Of a DNA stretch of 41,991 nucleotides, positions 29,244-39,800 are shown piece after piece. The notes below the pieces were generated by a model that made no database searches, had not been told where the DNA came from, and saw only the letters and a list, made by a program, of their open reading frames with translations. Each line of letters opens with the position of its first letter. Position 1 is the stretch's first letter. The stretch lies in NCBI GenBank assembly GCA_937919035.1, contig CALFPI010000042.1:1-41991 (forward strand), written 5' to 3'. A program made the translations under genes and the position numbers. The stretch is from an uncultured Gemmatimonadaceae bacterium (GTDB taxonomy: Bacteria > Latescibacterota > UBA2968 > UBA8231).

Positions 29244-30156
29244 GGGACTGCCCGGCTCCGGAAAGTCGACTTCTTCCCAGGCGATCTATCTGGCGCTGCG
29301 CCGCGCAGGCCGGAATGTACTCTGGTTCGCCGAAGACCAGCGTCCTCATCCCCTGGTCGATGACACCCCTCTGGCAGAGATCGGTGATCCCCCCCAACTG
29401 GCTGCATACGCCCTGTCGCAGTGGCGCCGACTGGCCGCCGAGGCACGGGCATCGGACTCGAGGCTGGTTCTCGACGCGGCCCTGTTCGGCATGACTTTGG
29501 GGACGCTGTTGCGAGCCGACGCCGCCTTGGCAGTGATGACGGCGACGGTGCTGCAGATCGAGGCCGAAATCGCAGACCTCGATCCGGTTGTGGTATATCT
29601 CCTGCCAGCGGATGTCGATGCTGCTTTCGACGTCACCCTCGAACGGCGCGGGGACACGTGGGTGACGCATTTCGCCGGGGAGATCTCCCAATCGCCCTAC
29701 GCCCTGGCACGCGGCGGCACAGGCGTCGATCTGGTGCGCACGTACCTGAAAGAACTGGACGAGGTTTCCAACGTGGTCTTCGGCTCTCTTTCCTGTGCCA
29801 GGCACAGTGTGGATCCTGTCGACTGTGATGGGGATGGCCCAAATGGGCCAATTCAGCAGATCCTGGGGACGGCTACGTCCGCCGAATGGGTGCCTGCTGC
29901 CAACCCCATCGAGGGATTCGCGGGTAGCTACCGCTGCCTCGAAGCGGATGTGACGATTACACTGCGCGCGGACGGTCCTCATCTGGTTGTCGATCAGGAG
30001 CGGGGCGCCCGTCTGGTGCCCGTGGATGACGGCAGGTTTATGGTACAGGGAATGCCGGTGGACGTGTGGTTTGAGACAGGTAGCGATTGCCATCTCCTGT
30101 TCGAGGCCCGCACGGCCAACCCCGAGCAGTTTCCCGGACGTTGGGTCAGGATATGA
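29230..30156 (+). CDS. P-loop nucleoside-monophosphate-kinase-like protein with a small C-terminal beta domain
   Basis: [14 protein letters not shown] (thymidylate/NMP-kinase-style Walker A), LVLD, VVVYL. C-terminal FAGSY..LVPVDDGRF resembles DUF3471-type beta domains. Overlaps both flanking PKS genes. Confidence 0.7.
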   Translation: MILFEGLPGSGKSTSSQAIYLALRRAGRNVLWFAEDQRPHPLVDDTPLAEIGDPPQLAAYALSQWRRLAAEARASDSRLVLDAALFGMTLGTLLRADAALAVMTATVLQIEAEIADLDPVVVYLLPADVDAAFDVTLERRGDTWVTHFAGEISQSPYALARGGTGVDLVRTYLKELDEVSNVVFGSLSCARHSVDPVDCDGDGPNGPIQQILGTATSAEWVPAANPIEGFAGSYRCLEADVTITLRADGPHLVVDQERGARLVPVDDGRFMVQGMPVDVWFETGSDCHLLFEARTANPEQFPGRWVRI

Positions 30157-33100
30157 CGGTAGCAGACCTGGATTCGGCAAGAAGGGTCGCCCAGGCCCTC
30201 GATGCTGCGACGGCCAGCCTCGAGCTGGTCGAGCGGGGCGAGCGGGAAAGACGGGAGCCCATTGCCGTCGTGGGTCTGTCCTGTCGGTTGCCCCAGGCCG
30301 GGAGTCCCGAGGAATTCTGGCGTCTCCTCGAAGCTGGTGCAGACGCAGTCACTGAGATCCCTGCGGATCGTTGGGATCTCAGCCAATACTACGACCCGGA
30401 TCCTGCAAGTCCCGGGAAGATGTACTGTCGTCACGGTGGCTTTCTGGACGATGTTCGAGGGTTCGATGCCCCCTTTTTCCGTATTTCGCCGCGGGAAGCG
30501 GCGAGCATGGATCCGCAGCAGAGAATCCTGCTGGAAGTGGCATGGGAGGCGCTGGAACGGGCCGGCGTGAATCCCCGCTCGCTCACGGGATCACCCACTT
30601 CCGTGCACATCGGCGTGACCACGCGAGACTACACGGAACTGCTGCTGGCCGCCGCCGACGAGAGCCCCCTCGATACGTATTACGCGACAGGCAATGCGCC
30701 CAACGCTCTTGCCGGTCGGCTCTCGTACTTTCTCGGTCTCCAGGGCCCCTCGATGGTCGTTGACACCGCCTGCTCCTCGTCCCTTGTGGCCGTGCACCTT
30801 GCCTGCCAGGGGCTGCGGACCCGGGAAAGCAATCTGGCGATCGCCGGTGGTGTGAATCTCATACTTTCCCCGCAGCTTCAGGCAGCGATCTGCCGGGCGA
30901 ACATGCTCTCGGCGGCGGGGCGCTGCCGGACCTTCGCCGATGCCGATGGATATGTCCGCGGCGAAGGTTGCGGCATCCTCGTACTGAAGAGACTCGCCGA
31001 TGCCCGCCGCGACCACGATCCGGTCCTGGCTCTGATCCGGGGCAGCGCTGTGAATCAGGACGGCGCGAGCGCCGGCTTCACGGTTCCTCACGGTCCTTCG
31101 CAGCAGGCGCTGATCCGCCGGGCTCTCGAAGCGGCGAAGGTCGACCCACGGGACGTGAGTTATCTGGAGGCGCACGGAACGGGGACGCCATTGGGCGACC
31201 CGATCGAGGTCAATGCAGCCCTGGCCGTATACGGCCAGGGACGGAGCCCCGAGCGGCCACTGCTGATGGGGTCTGTCAAAACCAATATCGGGCACCTGGA
31301 AGCGGCCGCTGGCGTGGCGGGACTGATCAAAGTCGTGCTGGCATTACAGGCCCGGACCATACCCGCCCACCTGCACTTCTCCAGGCCGAACCCGAATATT
31401 GCCTGGGCAGATCTGCCTGTCGAAATCCCCACCCGAACCACCCCCTGGGGAGGCGAGCAACCACGGATCGCCGCGGTCAGTTCCTTTGGCGCGAGCGGCA
31501 CCAACGCCCATTGCATCGTCGAAGAGCCACCACGTCCCGCGCCCGCGGTGGACGTCGAAGCTGCCGCGGGCGACCGGGTCCTGGTACTGTCCGCCGACAC
31601 GCCCCAGGCATTGCGCGAACTGGCCCAGGCATACGACGGATTTCTCCGGGACCACCCGGCCCTGCCGTTGGCTGACCTCTGCTATACGGCGGCCATGTGC
31701 CGGGCACACTTGCATTGCCGCTGCGCGGTGACAGGGGCCTCGATCGCCTCGCTGCGACAGCAGCTGGCCACCGTCGTTGAGGGCGGAACGGGGACTGGAA
31801 TCTTCCGCGGACAAGTCCGTGGCGCCGCCCCGATCGATGCAGAGAAAGGCGGCGCCGAGCTGAATCACGCTGACATCGCCCGGCGCTTCGTCGAGGGTCT
31901 CTTCGTGCCGTGGAAAGACCTGTACCCGCGGCGCAGACCTGCGGCGCTGCCAACCTACCCGTTTCAGCACCGTCCGTATTGGGTCCCCCTTCGGCAACGG
32001 CATCTTCCCTCCAGCGATGCGGGCAATATCCTGTTCCGTTGTGCCTGGGACCGCGTCGAAACACCGCAGCCGATGTCGAATGACGGACCATGCCACTGGC
32101 TCTTGTTGGTCGACCAGGGCGGCCCGCCAGTCGGCATGGCCCAGGTGCTGGAAGAGCGGGGCCAGTCCTTCGCGCTGACCGATCACGCCTGCAATCGTGA
32201 CTCCGTCCGCCAGATTCTGCGTCAGGCCCCCGACGATCTGCCGCTCCGCATCCTGTATTGCTCGGGGCTCGACGGGACGTCTGCTGAGCCTGCAGAGGCC
32301 GAGACACTCATGCGTGACACGCTGGACGCGTGCCTGGGACTGGTTCATCTCGTGCAGCAGGTGAGCGAAATTCCAGCGTCGCAGGATGCACGCGTCTGGG
32401 TCGTGACCCGGGGCGCGCACCCGATCGGCTGGCCGGAGGGATCAAGCAAGAACCCGTCCGCGGGCCAACTTGCCTGCTCGGGCCTTTGGGGTCTGGGACG
32501 GACGATTGCGACAGAGCATCCCTCTTCGTTCGGTGGCCTGATCGACCTGGCACCCGAGGTCGACGACGACGAGGCGGAAGACCTCATTCTCATGGTGCGG
32601 CTGGGTCGAAACCAGCTGATCCTTCGCGGCGGCGAGATGCTCGCTCCAACAATCCAGCCCTACGTCAGGGACGCCGCCAGACAGTACCAGACCCCGGCGG
32701 TCAGGGCGGACGCCACCTATCTGGTGACGGGAGGTCTGGGTGCCCTGGGGCTGCTTGTCGCCCGTTGGCTCGTCGACTCCGGGGCCAGACATATCGTACT
32801 TGTCTCTCGCCGGGGGGAGACGTCGGCATCCGAGACCGAGTTGGTGCAACTGCGCGCGGGCGGGGCTCGCATCTGGGCGCCCCGGGCCGACGCTGCCAAC
32901 CTGGGACAACTGGACTCGGTCCTTGGAAACATTCGGGAGTGGCCCCCGCTGCGGGGCGTCTTCCATCTGGCGGGCGTAGTCGACGACCGTGTGGTGGCTC
33001 GTCTGGACGGCGAATCGATCGAACGCGCACTGCAGCCGAAAGTTGCAGGCGCCTGGAACCTGCACCTGCTGACCAGGGATCTGGCCCTCGACCACTTCGT

Positions 33101-33854
33101 CGTTTTCTCTTCCCTCGCCTCGTTGGTCGGGCCTGCCGGTCAAGGAAATTACGCGGCGGCGAATGCTTTCCTCGACGCCCTGGCCCACCATCGCCACGCC
33201 GCGGGGCTACCGGCACTCTGCTTGAACTGGGGGCCCTGGTCCGGGACCGGTATGGCGGAGTCCCTGGGCGCCGAGCACCTGGACCGACTGAAACGGGCTG
33301 GTGTCCGGCCTTTGCCTGCTCATGACGCGTTTGCGGCGATGGAACAGGTCATGCGCAGCGGCCTGCCTCAGGTGGTTGTGGCCGGTGTGAATTGGGAGGA
33401 GATGTTCCACGAGGAAAGACCGCCTTTTCTGCGGGAATGGGCGAGCCATCTTGCCATGGCCCCGTCTCGGCGGGGCGCGGCCTACAGCCCGCCAACCCCC
33501 GTCTCCTCGGTCCGCGAGCGGATCCTTGCCGGTGACTCTGGCGCGCTCGCAACGCGACTCACCGAGTTTGTCACAGATCTCATCGCCGAGATATTCCATG
33601 TCGACATGCCACGATCGCTCGACGTGAATCAGCCGCTGGACGAATACGGCATGGACTCGCTCACAGCCACGGAGCTGAAGAATCGCGTTGCCTCCAGGCT
33701 GGCAGTGGACCTTCCTGTAAGCCGTGTGATCGGGGGCGTCACCATCTCCGGACTGGTCCAGATGATCCAGCAACGACTCGCCGACGGGGATGTTGCGGCA
33801 GAGATCCCGCCCGTCGGGGAGGATGGCTCTGAGACGATGGAGATGGTGATATGA
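30153..33854 (+). CDS. Type I PKS, single AT-less module KS-KR-ACP
   Basis: KS DTACSSS/HGTGT/NIGHLE; the KS-AT linker runs directly into LPTYPFQHRPYW with no GHSxG. KR LVTGGLGALG, AGVVDD, GQGNYAAAN; ACP GMDSL. Start ATG 30153 (ATGA overlap). Confidence 0.94.
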   Translation: MTVADLDSARRVAQALDAATASLELVERGERERREPIAVVGLSCRLPQAGSPEEFWRLLEAGADAVTEIPADRWDLSQYYDPDPASPGKMYCRHGGFLDDVRGFDAPFFRISPREAASMDPQQRILLEVAWEALERAGVNPRSLTGSPTSVHIGVTTRDYTELLLAAADESPLDTYYATGNAPNALAGRLSYFLGLQGPSMVVDTACSSSLVAVHLACQGLRTRESNLAIAGGVNLILSPQLQAAICRANMLSAAGRCRTFADADGYVRGEGCGILVLKRLADARRDHDPVLALIRGSAVNQDGASAGFTVPHGPSQQALIRRALEAAKVDPRDVSYLEAHGTGTPLGDPIEVNAALAVYGQGRSPERPLLMGSVKTNIGHLEAAAGVAGLIKVVLALQARTIPAHLHFSRPNPNIAWADLPVEIPTRTTPWGGEQPRIAAVSSFGASGTNAHCIVEEPPRPAPAVDVEAAAGDRVLVLSADTPQALRELAQAYDGFLRDHPALPLADLCYTAAMCRAHLHCRCAVTGASIASLRQQLATVVEGGTGTGIFRGQVRGAAPIDAEKGGAELNHADIARRFVEGLFVPWKDLYPRRRPAALPTYPFQHRPYWVPLRQRHLPSSDAGNILFRCAWDRVETPQPMSNDGPCHWLLLVDQGGPPVGMAQVLEERGQSFALTDHACNRDSVRQILRQAPDDLPLRILYCSGLDGTSAEPAEAETLMRDTLDACLGLVHLVQQVSEIPASQDARVWVVTRGAHPIGWPEGSSKNPSAGQLACSGLWGLGRTIATEHPSSFGGLIDLAPEVDDDEAEDLILMVRLGRNQLILRGGEMLAPTIQPYVRDAARQYQTPAVRADATYLVTGGLGALGLLVARWLVDSGARHIVLVSRRGETSASETELVQLRAGGARIWAPRADAANLGQLDSVLGNIREWPPLRGVFHLAGVVDDRVVARLDGESIERALQPKVAGAWNLHLLTRDLALDHFVVFSSLASLVGPAGQGNYAAANAFLDALAHHRHAAGLPALCLNWGPWSGTGMAESLGAEHLDRLKRAGVRPLPAHDAFAAMEQVMRSGLPQVVVAGVNWEEMFHEERPPFLREWASHLAMAPSRRGAAYSPPTPVSSVRERILAGDSGALATRLTEFVTDLIAEIFHVDMPRSLDVNQPLDEYGMDSLTATELKNRVASRLAVDLPVSRVIGGVTISGLVQMIQQRLADGDVAAEIPPVGEDGSETMEMVI

Positions 33855-36800
33855 GCCTGGCGGACGAACTGCTGACGCTCTCCAACCAGGGACTGCGTCT
33901 GCAGGAGGATGCTGGCCAGCTTCGGGTGAGAGGCCCGAGGGATGTGCTCACGCCGGAGATACAAACCTTCCTGACGCAGAATAAGAGCCGGATCCTCGAA
34001 CTGCTGCGAGCAGCGTCGGGTCCGCGGGCGCCGGCTCTGGAGCCGATAACCCCCGTCTCGAGATCTGATGAGGACCATCCGCTGTCGTTTGCCCAGGGCC
34101 GATTCTGGCTGCTCCACAAACTCGACCCGGCTGCGTCCATCTACCACATCTCCGGGGCGTTGGAACTCCGAGGCCTGTTGCAGGTAGAGGCACTGGAACG
34201 GGCCCTGGCTGAGATCGTTCGTCGCCACGAAACTCTGCGGACGGTATTCCCGGACCGGGACGGCCACCCCTGCCAGCGAGTCTTGCCCGGCGAGCAACAG
34301 CCACTTGCCATCGAGGATCTGCGTCACCTGCACGCCGCTCAGCTGGATGCGCAGATCAGGCGACGCACGGATGAGGTACTGCACCAGCCCTTCGACCTGG
34401 AGAAAGGACCGCTGTTCCGGGCGCGGCTCCTGCTGGTGGACCCGCAGCGAAGCCTGCTTCTGGTCTGCATGCATCACATCGTTGCAGATGGGACCTCCGT
34501 GCCTGTCTTTGTGAGGGAATTGGGCCATCTGTATCGCCACGATTCGCAGGGGCTGAACGCCGACCTGCCGGAACTCACGATCCAGTACCGGGACTTTGCC
34601 AGATGGCAGCAGTCGGTTCTCACCACCGAACGGCTGCAGTCCCAGATCGCCTACTGGAAGGGCCGACTCGCGGGCTCCCTTCCCCTGACGACGTTTCCTG
34701 CCGACTTCTCGCGGCCACTGACGCAGTCGTATCACGGCGGCGTGGAGCGTTTCGAGGTGGACGCCGAACTCGTCGACCGCCTGCGACAGGTCGGTCGCCA
34801 GCAGGATTCGACCCTGTTCACAACGCTGCTTGCAGCCTACGCTGTGCTCATTTCGAAATACAGCCGCCAGCGGGATCTGGTCATTGGTTCGCCGGTGGGC
34901 AACCGGCCCCGGGAAGAGCTGCAACCGCTCATCGGCCTTTTCGCAAACACCGTGGCACTTCGTCTGGACCTGTCGGCGGACCCCACGTTCCTCCAGGTCC
35001 TGGCACAGACTCGCGACGTCGTGCAGGGCGCGCTGGAGAATCAGGATCTTCCCTTCGAGCAGTTGGTCACCGAGATCCGGCCCGACCGCGATCCGAGCTA
35101 CAGTCCGATCTTCCAGACGCTACTCGTGCTGGGCAAAGAACCACTCCACTTGCTGGATATGGGTGACATCGATGTCGTCCCGGCTGATACGGGACGTACG
35201 TCTGCCAAGTTCGATACGACTGTTGAACTACAGGAGACGGCCGACGGACTGTCCGGGGTCTGGGAATACGCCCAGGACCTGTACCGCCCCGAGACGGTGC
35301 GCGGGATCATTGCGCACTTCAAGACGCTGCTGCGGCAACTGGCCGACGACCCGGACCAGCCTCTCGGGACGATCCGGATGACGACGGCAGAAGAGCTGCA
35401 TCAGGTGGTCCATCGCTGGAACCAGACGGGAACCAAGTACCCTTCAGAGGCGACGATCCATCAGCTCTTCGAAGAGCAGGTCGAGCAGACGCCGAATTCG
35501 ATCGCCGTGACCCTGCAATCGACCGAATGGACATACGAGCGTCTGAATCGGGAGGCCGAGAGTGTGGCAGAGGCGCTGCGGGAGCACGGGATCCGTCCCG
35601 ATGAACTCGTCGCGATCTGCGCGCCCCGCTCGCTGCATCTGATTGCCGGCCTCATCGGTATCCTGAAAGCGGGCGGGGCCTACATCCCTCTGGATCCCGA
35701 GTACCCGGCGGACCGGCTCCGCTTCATGATCGGCGACACGGCGACCCGCGCGATCCTCGTGACAAGCGAGTTGATACCCCGACTGCAGGAACTGCTCAAC
35801 TCATCGGACCTGGCCAACCAACCGACGTTGATCTCGCTCGATCGTCCGCGGGTCAAGTCTGACAGGAAGGGCGACTCGCCCCCGTCCGTCGTCGGCCCAA
35901 TGAATCTGGCGTACTGCTTGTATACGTCCGGTTCAACCGGTCGACCGAAGGGGACGCTGATTCCGCACCGGGGCGTGGTCCGCCTCGTCCGCAACACGGA
36001 CTTCATTGACGTCTCCTCTGATCAGGTCTTCCTGCAGTTCGCTCCCATTTCATTCGACCTGTCGACACTGGAAATCTGGGGACCCCTGCTGAACGGGGGC
36101 CGACTGGTGCTCATGCCGCCGGGCATGCCGTCGCTGGAGGAACTCGGCGCCGCAATCCGCGACAACGGCATCACCACCCTCTGGCTCATCGCCGGGATGT
36201 TCCGTCTGATGGTGGACGAACGGATCGATGATCTCGGAGGCCTCAAGCAACTGATCGCCGGCGGCGACGTGCTGTCGGTGCCGCATGTATGCAAGATGAA
36301 GCAGCGCCATCCCCACTGCCGCATGATCAACGGCTACGGTCCGACGGAGAATACCACGTTCACCTGCTGCTATGAGGTCCCCGCCGACGATCTGCCGCAG
36401 AAATCAGTTCTCATCGGACGTCCCATCGCCAACACCCGCGTTTACATCGTCGATGAGAGCATGCAGGCCGTGCCCGTGGGGATTCCCGGCGAGCTCCTGG
36501 CAGCAGGAGACGGCGTGGCCCGCGGCTATCTGAATCGGCCGGACCTGACCAGCGAGAGATTCATCCCCAACCCGGTGACCGGTGATTCGAGCGATATGGT
36601 CTATCGAACCGGCGACCTGGCGCGCTATCTGCCGGATGGCAACATCGAATTCTTCGGCCGACTCGATCAGCAGGCCAAGGTGCGCGGATTCCGCGTCGAA
36701 CCGGGTGAGCTCGAAAGCGTACTCGACGATCACGATCTGGTGAGGGAGGCAGTCGCCGTCGTCCGCCTGTCGGAGGACGGTCGAAACGAACTGGCGGCCT

Positions 36801-39800
36801 ATGTCGTTTGCCATGGCAACAGGGTCATCGACGAGGACAAGGAAGAGGCCCTGGGACAGCTGCGTGCCTATCTGAAAGACCGACTCCCGGAATACATGGT
36901 CCCCTCGACCGTCACGATCCTCGACGAGTTCCCGCTCAATGCTAACGGCAAGGTGGATCGCGCCGCCCTGCCGGAACCGACTGCCACGGCGAACCGGGTG
37001 AAATTCGAGGCGCCGCGCGACCAGACAGAGGCCGTGCTGTGCGACATCTGGTCGCAGATTCTTGGTGTGTCAGCAATCGGCATACGTGACAATTTCTTCG
37101 AATCGGGGGGGGATTCGATCCAGAGCATCCAGATCGTGTCTCGTGCCCGGCAGAAAGGAATTGACCTCTCACCACGCATGATGCTGCGCTACCAGACGAT
37201 CGCCGAACTTGCATCTGCGGCAGCATCTGAGCCGGTGGCAGATCAGAGGCCATCTCGCGCCAGCGATAGCGCCGCCGAATGGACCCCTGTGCAGAGGTGG
37301 TTTCAGGAGCTGGATCTGCCCCAGCCTCATCACTTCAACCAGTCTGTTTTGCTCGAACTCGATGCGGCTCTGGACCTGGAGCATGTGCGCTTGGCCATGG
37401 AGGCTCTGGTCCATCAGCATGCTGTTCTCAGGACATGTTTCCGGAAGGAAGCGAAGGGGTGGAAGAAACAGCCGTGTCCCCCCTCCCAGTGGACGGCCAT
37501 CGAGGTTGTGGATCTGCGCGGGAAAGATGCCGGCGCCGCCGCCGCGATGACGGAAGGGGTGGCGGACAGAGTTCAGGCGAGCCTGGATCTGACGTCCGGC
37601 GTTGTTGTCCGGGCGGTGTATTTCGATACCGATCCCGGGATGGCCACCAGGCTCCTGCTCGTGATACACCACCTTGCGGTCGATGGCGTGTCCTGGCGGA
37701 TCCTGCTGGACGACCTGGCGACGGCGTGCAGACTGTTGCTTGCGGGCGAGGCCATCCTGCTGGCGCCGGCCTCTTCGGCGCCGGAGGCGTGGGCCTCTCG
37801 TCTGGCCCGTTACGCGCGGCAAGAAACGCTGGCCGGCGAAGCGGAGTTCTGGCACACCCTCCGTGCTGCACCCCCGATCTGGCGGGATCTCGAGGGCACG
37901 TCGCCTGGCACTGTCGGCTCGGAGGACTGTGTTTCGGCCGAACTGGACGCCCCGTACACCAGCATCCTTCTACGCGACGCAGCGCGCACCTACCAGACGA
38001 GCGCGTTTGAGCTTCTCGTTGCAGCACTGCCAGGCTCCTTGGCGCGGTGCACGGGTGCGACCCAGTTGTATCTCCTGCTGGAAGGGCACGGCCGGGAAGA
38101 CTTGTTCCCCGAAATCGACTTGAGCCGCACGGTGGGCTGGTTCACGAGCCTCTATCCCGTCCTGCTGGATATCCGCACCACCGGCGCAGAACCGGCGCCG
38201 ATGATCACTGGCATCAAGGAGACGCTCCGGGCTGTTCCGAACAAGGGGCTCGGCTTTGGCCTTCTCCGCTATCTCGGGACGCCGGCCCAGCGCTCTCGAC
38301 TGGCCCAGATTCCGGAACCCCAGATCTCGTTCAACTACCTCGGCCAGACCGACCAGATCCTGCCCGCGGACGCCCTGGTCGGGCTCGCCGATGGCCCGCA
38401 GGGCCGCACTCGTTCGCCCGAGAATCCGCGCACCCATCTTATCGAGATCAACGCCCTGGTCCGGGATGGGCGTCTGCGGGTCGACTGGACGTTCAGTACG
38501 GATTGCCACCACCGCGACACGATCCAGCATCTGGCGTCGACCTACCTGGATGTGCTACGCGAGTTCCTCGATCACTGTATCGAGCAAGAGAGCACGTTCT
38601 ATTCACCATCGGACTTTCCGCTCGCCGACGTCGACCCGTCTGCGATCGACGCCATCCTCCGGGCCGTGCCGACCGGGAGCCTGGACGAAATCCTCCCACT
38701 CTCGTCGACCCAGCAGGGCATCCTCTTCCACCGCGAAGCGGCTCCGGATTCCGATGCCTACATCATGCAGCTACGCATGAAAATCGAAAATCCACTCGAT
38801 GAAGCCGCTTTCCGGCAGGCGTGGTCCTTGATCGCGGCACGCCACTCGGCCTTGCGCGCCGGCTTTGTCGAGGACGGTGACCAGAATCTCCATCAAGTGC
38901 TGCTCAAGTCCGTCGTCCTGCCGTGGACCCGGCTGGACTGGCGTGGTGTGGGTGGCGACCGACAGAAGGAACGCCTCGAAAAACACTGTCGCGAGCAGCG
39001 GCGGGCTGGTTTCGATCTTGCCTCTCCCCCCCTCTTCCGCATCAGCCTCATCGACACAGGAATGGGAGACTTCGAATTCGTCTGGACCTGTCATCACGCT
39101 CTCATCGACGGATGGAGCATGGCCAACATCCTCGACGAGGTCACTCGCACCTATGCGCAACTGACGAGTGGCACCGCCCCCGTGCTGCCACCCGTTCCCG
39201 GGTATGAAGCGTATCTGACCTGGTTGACCGGAAGACGCATGGGCCCGGCGCGCGAATTCTGGGTGGAAGAACTCCATGGATTTTCGTCGCCAACGGCACT
39301 GGGTGTGGAACTGCCGTCCCAGCATCAACTGGCGCAGGCCGACAGTTCCTGCGAGCTGTCCTGGGAATTGGACAAAAAGACCACAGCCCGGCTGGACCGT
39401 TGCGCACGCAGTCACCACATCACCCTCAATACTCTGTTTCAGGCCGCCTGGTCCCTGCTCTTGCGCCAATTCAGCCATGCCGATGACATCCTGTTCGGGA
39501 CGGCCGTCTCGGGCAGGAATCTCGATCTGCCCGGCGCCGAAGCGATGGTGGGGCTTTTCATTGCCTCGCTGCCCGTGCGGGTACGAATCGACCCTGATCA
39601 GGGCGTCGGCGCTTGGCTGCTGAATCTCCAGGAGCGCCAGCTGGAACGCGACCAGTACGCGTTCATGCCCCTCGTCGATCTTGCCCAGCTGGCAGATCTC
39701 CCCGGCGGCGCCGCTCTGTTCGACCACCTGCTCGTCTTCGAGAACTATCCGATCGACGCGTCGCTGCGCTCTGGGACGACGTCACTCCGGATCTCGGAGA

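Noticed and set aside
37105-37112. G8 homopolymer just before the PCP serine codon as a phase-variation tract
   Set aside because: It simply encodes the conserved S-G-G-D, the frame is intact, and a single G8 is unremarkable at this GC content.
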